64,000 nucleotides of DNA from Octopus vulgaris (lineage: Eukaryota), in assembly GCA_951406725.2 (NCBI GenBank), contig OX597818.1, positions 40,238,001 through 40,302,000 on the forward strand, in the 5' to 3' direction. Every line of letters starts with the position of its first letter. Positions within the stretch are counted from its first letter, which is position 1. A program made the translations under genes and the position numbers. The notes beneath the pieces are model-generated. The model was not told the DNA's origin. It made no database searches and was given only the letters and a program-made list of their open reading frames with translations. This document shows positions 1 through 11,200 of this stretch, one piece after another.

Positions 1-194
1 ATTCTTTGATCAAAGCACTTGATTTCATGTTGCCTCAGTCCATACATAAAGCTTTGGTTGGCTTGAGGCTATAGAAGACACTTGCCCAAGGTGCCATGCA
101 GTGGAACTGTACCTGTAACCATGTTATTCAGAAGCAAATTTCTTACCAAGCAGCCCTATTTGTGTCTATGAAGAGATAATATGCCCACAGTGAG

Positions 195-577
195 GCGGTG
201 AGCTGGCAGAAACGTTAGCACGCTGGGCGAAATGCTTAGTGGTATTTTGTCTGCTGCTACGTTCTGAGTTCAAATTCCACTGAAGTCGACTTTGCCTTTC
301 ATCCTTTCGGGGTCGATAAATTAAGTACCAGTTACGCACTGGGGGGTCGATATACTCGACTTAATCCGTTTGTCTGTCCTAGTTTGTCCCCTCTATGTTT
401 AGCCCCTTGTGGGTAGTAAAGAAATAGGTATTTCATCTGTCTGTATGCTCTGAATTCAAATTCCACTGAGGTCGACTTTGCTTCTCATTTAAGTACCAGT
501 TGTCTACTGGAGTCGATCTAATCAACTAGCCTCCCCCACCTCCAAAAATTTCAGGCCTTGTATTTAGAGTAGTAAAG
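195..577 (+). mobile_element. SINE family B (tRNA-like head, Meta-domain-like core) with 17-bp target site duplication
   Basis: aatatgcccacagtgag at 178-194 and 578-594; core gactttgcctttcatcctttcggggtcgataaattaagtacc. Other copies: ~2826-3232(-), 4460-5375(-, several), 5655-6081(-), 6246-6365(+), 34011-34240(+), 36408-36590(+), 38268-38465(+), 41165-41375(+), 49060-49268(-). Confidence 0.85.
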
Positions 578-1128
578 AATATGCCCACAGTGAGATTTGA
601 ACTTTCTAATCACATATCCATACCTGTAATTCATACCTGTTGTTTTATGCAATTGAAATGAAACAGCAGACAAATGTGATTATCTACGTCACATAATTAT
701 TTTTACCCAAAGTCTGTGTTGTTCTTATTTTTCTATTTACTGTTATTTATGCTAATATCATGTAACTGGCATCAGTGCCAGTGACACATAAAAAAAGCAC
801 CCTTCGAACTTTGGGCCTCATGGAGGCAGTGACAGGTGACCAAGATCCTTGGCGATATACTGTGCTTGAGAAGACATGTCAAGCCAAGTGAGATCGCAGT
901 CATTGCTGATGCCGCTGGCATGTAGAAACCACCCACTACCCTCTTGGGGTGATTGATATTATGAAGGGCATCCAGCTTTAGAAACCATGCCAGATCAGAT
1001 TGAAACCTGGTGCAAGCTTACCAGTTTTCAGTCAAACCATCCAATCCATGCCAGCATGGAAAGCAGATGCTAAATTATGATGATGATAATGATGATGATA
1101 TCTTTTTCTTTTCTTTTCCTTCTTTCAG

Positions 1129-1201
1129 AGCTCTTTATTTACAAGCTGACTTACAGCATGACACTGAACGATTAGCAACATTGATGCAAAAAGCAACAGT
1201 T
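1129..1201 (+). CDS. ARAP: ARAP-like exon (end of PH domain preceding RhoGAP)
   Basis: Pyrimidine tract + cag acceptor; [24 protein letters not shown]; gtaagt donor; phase 0 into next exon. Confidence 0.8.
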
Positions 1202-4200
1202 GTAAGTTTGCTCTTTTATTCTTTATATTCTTTTACTTGTTTCAGTCATTTGATTGCGGCCATGCTAGAGCACCACCTTAAAGGATTTTAGTCAAAGAAA
1301 TCAAGTCCAGGACTTATTCTTTGTAAGCCTAGTACTTACTCTATTGGCTCCTTTTGCTAAACCGCTAACTTACAGGGACGTAAACACACCAGCATCGGTT
1401 GTCAAGTAATAGCAGAGGGACAAACACAGACACACAAATATATACACATATCTCTCTCTCTCTCTCTTTATATATATACATGCATACCTACACACATACA
1501 TATACAGCAGGCTTCTTTTAGTTTCTGTCTGCCAAATCCACTCACAAGGCTTTGGTTAGCCTGAGGCTATAGTAAAAGACACTTGCCCAAGGTGCCATAC
1601 AGTGGGATTGAACTCAGACCCATGTGGTTAGAAAGCTACCTTCTCAAAACATAGCTATTCCTACACCTGCAACCTGCATGAAACCGGCTCTGGCTCTGAG
1701 TACAAATGTCTTGTTTCCCTAAGTTTTGAATTAAAATCTTCCGCCAAACCTTAGTCACAATTTATGTTCTTAACACTAGTTGAATGATAACTAAGTTATT
1801 TTACTAAATTCTTTCTTATATTTAAAATAATTGAAAGAAACACAGAGTATCTCAAAATAAATACAGTAACAAAAGGGTTAAATATTGAATGTTAAAATGT
1901 TAAAATAAATATTAAATATTAGAAATCAGTATTAAATGCAGAGACAGTCATTACTTTCTATTTTCTTGTATCTTTTTCAGACATGCCAACGGTTCTTTAA
2001 TGACCAACAACTGACTGCTGATGATATCCCAGTCATTGTAGATAAGTGTATCAAGTTCATTATGACAAATGGTAGGTGTCAGTGTCTTTTTTTTTTCTTG
2101 TGTGTGTGTGTGTGTGTGAGGAGTAGTTGAGAAGCTTAGTCAGTTCAGCATGAATATATCTATGATACAGGACCCTTTACTGCTGAAGGTTGACCATGCA
2201 CCTATAAATATAGGTGCAGACTTACTCTTTTACTTGTTTCAGTCATTTGACTGTGGCCAAGCTGGAGCACCGCCTTTAGTCGAGCAAATCGACCCCCGAA
2301 CTTATTCTTTGTAAGCCTAGTACTTATTCTATCAGTCTCTTTTGCTGAAGTGCTAAGTTATGGGGATGTAAACACACCAGCATCAGTTGTCAAGCGATGT
2401 TGGGGGGACAAACACAGACACACACACACACACACAACGGGCTTCTTTCAGTTTCCGTCTACCAAATCCACTCACAAGGCTTTGGTCAACCCGAGACTAT
2501 AATAGAAGACACTTGCTCAAGGTGTCACACAGTGGGACTGAAGCCGGAACCATGTGGTTAGTAAGCTAGCTACTTACCACACAGCCATTCCTGCACCTAT
2601 TGCACAAAATATTTCAAGAAAGACTGTCAGTTACCTCTGCTTGTAAGTTTTCTCTTTTCTCATATACCAATATTTATCTAAGAGAAAGGCTACTGACTTG
2701 GTCCAACACAGCTTGGCATTGGTGTTATTTCAGGCATTATCAGAATGCAAAGAACTGGGACAGATACCACTAGACATCTTGTCTGAACTGCCAACAATTC
2801 TGCTTATACATTGCAGAACCTGTTTCTTATTTCTTTATTGCCCATAAGGGGCTAAACACAGAGGGGACAAACAAGGACAGATAAAGGTATTAAGTCAATT
2901 ACATTGACCCCAGTGCATAACTGGTACTTAATTTATCGACCCCGAAAGGATGAAAGGCAGTTGACCTCGCTGGAATTTGAACTCAGAATGTAACGGCAGA
3001 CGAAATACCTATTTCTTTATTACCCACAAGGGGCTAAACACAGAGGCAACAAACAAGGACAGACATAGGTATTAAGTCGATTACATCGACCCCAGTTCGT
3101 AACTGGTACTTAATTTATTGACCCCGAAAGGATGAAAGGCAGTTGACCTCGCAGGAATTTGAACTCAGAATGTAATGGCAGACGAAATACCGATAAGCAT
3201 TTCGCCTGGCATGCTAACATTTCTGCCAGCTTGCTATGATGTGATCATTTGATTTTCTAGATATAGCAGTGAAATTTCCTTTGTCCAACTCTATTGTCTT
3301 TAAAAAAAGAAAAAAGTTACAGTGGATGGTTATGGCTGGAACACTTTTGATCATAGCTCTGCTCTCTTAAGACTGACATGGGACTAAATAGCCACAAACT
3401 GCTTATACTGAAATGTTTTTGCTTTGGGATATATTTGTGGCTACAACCATCTTTTGTAATGAAACTTTAAAATAAATCTCATCTTAGAGTTGTTCTGTTT
3501 AATTTAGAATTGTTTTCTGTCTAAGAATCTTTACAGCAGGATTTCTTTTGTATTTTAATAGGATTACACGAAAGTGGTATCTATCGCCAAAGTGGTGTTA
3601 AGTCTCAAATCGCGAAGTTATTAGAGACATTCCATACTGGTAAGTTACACTGTCGCTTTCTAGTCTTTATAAGGCATGCTGTGATATTTTAAAAGTAAAC
3701 TTCTTTCATATTCTGATGATAAGGAAAACAGTAACAGCAAAAAAAAAAATAAAGAAAACTAACAGATAATACAGGTCGTTATTGACTTACGACCACAGTT
3801 GGTTCCGACTTACTGGTTGTAAGTTGATTTGGTCGTAAGTTGGCCTATAGGCCTACATGGCTTTGTTTTATATTTTTACATTCTTAGCCCTTTCGTTACC
3901 AATCTGGCTGAAACTGGCTCTGGCTCTGAGTACAAATGTCTTGTTTACAAAAGTTTTGAACAAAAATCGTCCACCAAACCTTTATTACAATTTATGTTCT
4001 TAACACTAGCCGATTGATAACTAAGTTATTTTACTAAATTCTTTGTTATATGTAAAGTAATTGAAAGAAGCACAGAGCATCTCAAAATAAATACAGTAAC
4101 AAAAGGGTTAAGGTACATTCTCAAGTAAAAATCACACACAGCATTCTGTATGATACTATTGTACTGGTGTTAGTCAAAAACTTCAGTGTCTGGAGCTGTC

Positions 4201-7200
4201 GTCTTATACACAAATACAAGGTTACCTCGATGTCTCCATGACAGGATATTCATCAATATAGTGGTGATCGATAACCAAACCTTGGGGAAGCATTTTTTAG
4301 CTGACATCATCTGTAGATGGCTTAATTTCTAAGAAATTAAACCCATTAAATTTAAACTGGACTATATATTATTGCTGCTGGGAGCTGGCAAACCAATTGT
4401 CATAAAGTTGATCAGTCGTAAGTCAGATTGGCCGTAAATCGACGACGGCCTGTATTGGTTTCAAATTTCGGCATAAGGCCAGCATGTTCGGCAGAGGGAG
4501 TAAGTAGATTATGTTGAAACCAATGCTCAACTGGTACTTATTTTATTGACCCCGATAGGATGAAAAAGCAAAGCCAAACTTGAATTTGAACACAGAATGT
4601 AAAGATGGGTAAAATGCTACAAAGCATTTTGCCCAGTGTGCTAACAATTCTTATTTCTTTACTGTCCACAAGGGGCTAAACATAGAGGGGACAAACAAGG
4701 ACAGACAAAGGGACCCCAGTGCATAACTGGTACTTAATTTATCAACCCCAAAAGATGAAAGGCAAAGTTGACCTTGACTGAATTTGAAGTCAGAACGTAA
4801 CGGCAGACGAACTACCGCTAAGCATTTTGCCAGGCATGCTAATAATTCTGCCAGCTTGCCACCTTACCAGTTGCTAATTTTGGTTACAAAATTTAGGTAC
4901 ATGACCAGTAAGTTCGGGGAATGGGATAAGTCGATGACATCAAACACAGTGCTCAACTGGTGCTTATTTTATCGATCCTGAAAGGATGAAAGGCAAAGTT
5001 GACCTCAGCAGAATTTGAGCGCAAAATATAAAGACAGAGGAAATTCTGCTAAGCATTTTACCTAGCATGCTAATGATTCTTATTTCTTTATTGCCCACAA
5101 GGGGCTAAACATAGAGGGGACAAACAAGGACAGACAAAGGAACTGAGTCGATTACATCGACCCCAGTGCGTAACTGGTACTTAATTTATTAACCCCAAAA
5201 GGATTAAAGGCAAAGTTGACCTCGGCAGAATTTGAACTCAGAACGTAACGGCAGAGGAAATACTGCTAAGCATTTCGCCCGGCATGCTAACATTTCTACC
5301 ATCTCACCACCTTTTACCATCTCACTACCATTAACACTAGTGTACTAATGATTCTGCCAGCTTGCCACCTTACCAGTTGTTAATAATATTGCATATGGAA
5401 AATGTCAACTACCACAGTCAGTTAAATTCTATGTGAAACAGAAATAAATGAATAAAAATATATATATATATTCTACTCTTTTATATTTCAGATGCTCAAA
5501 AAGTACAACTGGTGGTAGACACCTACAATCTTCCTACTGTTACTGGTGTTCTAAAGAGGTTCTTCAGGGAAATGGCTGACTCACTTCTAACCAAAAATCT
5601 TTATGAGAAATGGATTAAGACAGCAGGTAAGCTCGATGAACAAAGTAATCTGTCCTACTCTAGGCACAAGGCCTGAAATTTTTGGAAAGTGGAGCCAGTC
5701 AATGAGGTTGACTCCAGTATGCAACTCGTACTTAATTTATCAACCCCGAAAGGATGAAAAGCAAAGTCAACCTCGGCGGAATTTTAACTCAAAATGTAAA
5801 GACAGACAAAATACCGCTAAACATTTTGCCCAGCATGCTAATATTTCTTATTTCTTTATTGCCCACAAGGGGCTAAACATAGAGGGGACAAACAAGAACA
5901 GACAAACGGATAAAGTCGATTACGTTGGCCCCCAGTGCATAACTGGTACTTAATTTATCGACCCCGAAAGGATGAAAGGCAAAGTTGACCTCGGCGGAAT
6001 TTGAACTCAGAACGTAGCGGCAGACGAAATACCGCTAAGCATTTCGCCCGGCGTGCTAACGGTTCTGCCAGCTCGCCGCCTTTGGATGAATAAAATAGTG
6101 TCTATCCTTTTAATGAGTGACACATTAATAGCTCAATTATTTGCAGTCAATCATTGTGACTGTGACTCTTCATCGCTTTGGCATGACTTGATAAGCTTTC
6201 TCCGTACTCGTTGGTTTTTTGTTTGGGTTTACCATTTATTATGATCACTTTGCCTTTCATCCTTTTGGGGTCGATTAAATAAGTACCAGTTACACATTGC
6301 TATCAATGTAATCGACTTAACCCCTTCCCCCCCAATCTGAGGCCTTGTGCTTCCAGTAGAAAGAATTATTATTATTATTATCATTATTGAGTGAGAGAGC
6401 AGTGCATGCCATCAAAGTGACACTGGGGTAAAATATACGAAGCCCAGTATACCCATCATGACTACCCGTCTGATAAGGGTACACTAGGCACATGCATCAC
6501 AACCATATGTGCATGATATGGTGATCTCATATGAAGATAAACAGCACATGACCTTGCAGGTGGAGCCCAGTTAGAATTTTCTTCTGGTCGAGTAACCCAT
6601 CCCACTCAAAAGGTCCTTGAATAAGGGTTATTTAAGGATGTTAAATGAAACACCCATGTTTCCAGAGGTGAATTATTTAAACCCCAAATAATCCCTCTCA
6701 ACACATGGCTATGATGCTCCCCCACTACTTCTGCTCGTGATCAGAGATGCACATATCGTCAGCCACTAAGGGACATGGTCAACCGGTTAAGGTCAAACAA
6801 CTGACAAGCAAATCTGTGGTATTGAGCAGAATATTTGCTGTAGCCCATCTTTTATACCAAGATGTAGCCCTATTATTATTATTATTATTATTATTTATAT
6901 TATATTCTTTCCATTCTTTTATCATTTAAGAAACTGATGATACTCAAGCCAAACTGAATTGGTACAAATACTTAATTAAAGAACTGCCACCTGTCAACCA
7001 AAACACATTAAAGAAACTGGTTACACATCTTTGGAGGTAAATTAATATCTTGCTTCCCTCGTTCTAAACAATTGTTCCTTAATTTTAAGGACACTTGCAT
7101 GCATTCATATGTATATGTCTGTATGTATGACTCTTCATACATTTTCTTTATTATATTGCCATTCTGTTTTTGTATATTTTACTAATGTTTCTTTTAAACC

Positions 7201-7572
7201 TTCCTTTGTAGTGTTGCTGAGAATGAGCATTCAAATAAAATGGGTATTGACCAATTAGCAATTGTGTTTGGTCCAACCCTGATGTCAGGTGGATCCAGCC
7301 AAGTAAGTTGACTATCGCACATTTCAGAGAATCAACTATCATCATTGATATTTATATCTGTGTGTGTATGTGCATTCACATATATGATTATATATATTTA
7401 TGTATAGGTGCAGGCATGGCTGTGTGGTTAAGAAGCATACTTTGCAATCATTCCACTGTGGGTTCAGTCCCACTATGTGGCATTTTGTGCTAGTGTCTTC
7501 TACTATAGCCTCGGGTCAATGCTTTGTGAGTGGATTTGGTCGATGGAAACTGAAAGAAGCTCATCATATATA

Positions 7573-7626
<54 letters not shown>

Positions 7627-7735
7627 TGAATGAATGAAAAGACAAGTCAAGATAGAAAATGCTAAAATAATTTTATAAAGAACATTTCAGTACCAGTTTC
7701 AGTAATTTTGAGACCTTTTCAACTGTAAATATTCA

Positions 7736-7792
<57 letters not shown>

Positions 7793-7825
7793 TATGTATG
7801 TGTGTGTGTATGTATGTGTATGTAT

Positions 7826-7879
<54 letters not shown>

Positions 7880-8232
7880 CTAATGTAGGATAAAATTTTT
7901 CGGAAAAAAATTTTATCAATGGCCAGCATATTAAAAAATACCTTTAAAGGTTAAATTATAAACAACTTATAAGTAAGGGCAAACAAAAAAATTTCTAATG
8001 CCAAATATGCCGAAAATTGGACATATTGTCCATTTACCATATAATTTTTTTCTCAGTACGCACGCTACTCGAAAAAAGGTAGACAGAAATCTCTAAAAAA
8101 TTCCATTATTACCATATCAGACCGATTTCAGGTTCAAAAAGAACCCTCCCTTCATCAGTGATACATGTGGCAAAGAAGCAAAATAAGCAACAAGTATATC
8201 TTCGATAATTTGGTACGATCGTTTCATGCTAC

Positions 8233-8272
<40 letters not shown>

Positions 8273-11200
8273 ATAACAAATGAAAGAAAAAACGATTCCT
8301 TCAGCACCCAATTCACTGGTACAGCAGTTGAATACCACAGAAATAGGGGTATAAATACAAATTACAAATAAGAAATTAAACAGCATTTTTTTGGGTTGTC
8401 GTTCAATTTGTGTGGCACCCATTTCTCAAGTATTTTTATTTTTCCAATCTCTTTCAAGTGGTTAGAAATTCTTGTATATGTTTCGTCTAATTCAGAAGCA
8501 AGCTCTCAAACTAATTAATGCATATTATTATTTGTTTATTTCAGAACAATTATTCCAATACAAATTCTGAGATTACTGTTATTCGTGAACTCATCAAGTA
8601 CCATGAACGCTTGTTTGAAGTGAGTGAACAGCATTGCTTTATTTTATCATTTTTTTTTTATATTATATAATTTTTTTGATATTGATTAATTTAAGTAATG
8701 TATTTACAACACATGTGGAGGCATGTGGCTTAATGGTTAAGATGTTGCATTCATGAGTGTAAAAGTGTGGTTTCGATTCCTGGACCAGGCAGTGCATTGT
8801 GTTCTTGAGCAAAATATTTCATTTCACATTGCTGCAGTCCACTCAGCTGGTAAAAATGAGTAAGCCTATAATGGGCTGGTGTCCATCATCCAATTGGAGG
8901 ACATATGCGCCACAGAATCTGAGAAACTATGAGCCTATGACTCAGAAAGGACCTCTGATTCTTTTTTTTTTTTTTATATATACATGTACTTTTTTCCTGT
9001 TTTTTTTTTCTTCTTTTTTGCTTTGATGAGAATTAATGTTTATTCTCACTCAAATATGGATGTTCTGTTAGAACAAACTTTACAGCAGGAGATACTATGG
9101 AAGAAACTCTCATATAAGCTTTTGGTGCAAAATGCATGCTTTGTTTATATTGCTAGTGGGGAGACAAATCCTCACCAACTCCAGCTCTGAAACCACCAGA
9201 TCACGTAATTTCAACTTTCCTTGGTTTCGTCAATGATGGACACTCAATCACTAGGAGATAGCAGGGGCTCATCTCATCACCAGTGATATCTAGAAAATCA
9301 ATGCCAGAACAGGTACTGGTGTCATGATCAGCCAGTGAGTTCATTAAAGAATATATATTAGCAACAGAGACAGTATTAACACTGAGAAGTAATATTTAAC
9401 TCTACTTAAACATGGATGTTTTGCTAGAACAAACTATATTGTGGTAGTTACCACAAGAGAAATTCTCATATAAGCTTTTGGGGTAAAATGCATACTTGTT
9501 TATATTGCTAGTTGGGAGATAATTCTCCACCAGCTCCAGTGCTGAGACCACCAGATCACATGATTTCAACCTTCCTTGGTCTCATCAGTGATGGACACTT
9601 GATTGCGAGAGATAGCAGCAACTCAACCCCTTGCTATATTAAGCAAAGCTACTACATGATAGTTGTTGCTTAGGGCTAATGTATCATGCTGAGACTTCTT
9701 TGGCTTGTGCTTCTACTTGGTCATATTAAAAGTTAATTGAGGGCAGTAAGGTTATTTATTTCTAACTTAGAAAAACCAAACTCTAATATTTTTAGATGTT
9801 GTGGAGGGCTTGAAAGTAGCCTAAAAAAGGTTAAATTTTCATAACAGTGTTAATAAACGTATCGTTAAGTGCTGTGAAAATTACTGTCACATTTCTTTTG
9901 CAAGGAAATATTTTAAAACTTACCCACAACCAAGTGTAAAATATGATTTATGCTTAGAGCTATTAAAATGTTTTATTGATTTGAAAATCTCAACTTTAAT
10001 TTCTGTGTTTATTTATGAAAAATAATTTTGTATATTTGTGTTTAAACAGTTGCCAGTCAAAAATAAAGAGATTGAGAAAAAAATACAGGAAGCTTGTGAG
10101 AAGATGGAAAATCTGAAGAAGGTAAGCAAAAGGCAGAAACCATTTATTTATATGGTAGCAGTTGTTGGCACTGGTGGTGGATGTGATATATATATGTGTG
10201 TGACTGTGTGTGAATGTTGAAGATTGTATGGGTGTGTTTATGAGAATGCTTCTCTAGAATTTTATACACGTCATATGTATAACTGTAAATGGGTAAGTTT
10301 GCGATACATTGGCATAGAAGGGTGAAATGATGACACAGATTGTGTGAAAAGAGAACCAAAATGAGCAGGTGGAGTGAGGAAGTGTATGATGGTAGAATTG
10401 AATGATTGAGATAAGAGGGTTGTAGAGGGAGAAAGAAAGTGATAAATAGTAATAGGGATGGGCAGTGGTAAGAGAGAGTGATGACTGTCAGTCACAAGTG
10501 TCCTAGTGGTAGAAGGAGAAATGATTTGTGATACAGAAAGGATGATGTTTGAGTGTATTTGATAAAATAGATCCAGTGCAATCTCCGAAACATAGATCTG
10601 ATGAAGTATGTTTAAGGGATTATTTAAAAGTGAGCAAGGTAGAATGATCAGGTTGATGGGGATAGGATAGGGATGTCTCTAGTGCAATCCCTGGTTATAT
10701 GAACAATGTGGTAAGATGAATAGGAGAGCAGATGAGTACCAGACAGATTTTGTCTTTTCCATACTTACACAAGTACTATCATGATACAGTAAATAGGAGA
10801 GGTCCACTGCCATCCTTACTTAAATAGGCAACATGTTGCATTGAACTAGAAGATCTACAGCCATTTTTTGTCACATAGATAGTATAGTAAATAGAAGAGA
10901 GTGGAGGTGCAATGGCCCAGTGGTTAGAGCAGCGGACTCGCAGTCAGAGGATCGCTGTTTCAATTCCCAGACCGGGTGTTGTGTGTGTTTATTGAGCGAA
11001 AGCACCTAAAGGCTTCATTAGGCTCCGGCAGGTGGTGGTGGCGACCCCTGTTGTACTTTTTTGCCACAATTTTCTCTCACTCTCTCTTCCTGTTTCTTGA
11101 GTAACACTGCGATGGACTGGCATCCTGTCCAGCTGGGGGGAACACATACGCTACAGAAACTGGGAAACCAGGCCCATGAGCCTGGCTAGGCTTGATAAGG

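Larger units (their letters stand above)
9027..9625 (-). mobile_element. Retrozyme-like / Penelope pLTR-like tandem repeat (about 1.7 copies of a ~355-bp unit)
   Basis: Diverged direct repeats 9027-9270 and 9383-9625, each carrying the hammerhead. Confidence 0.7.
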
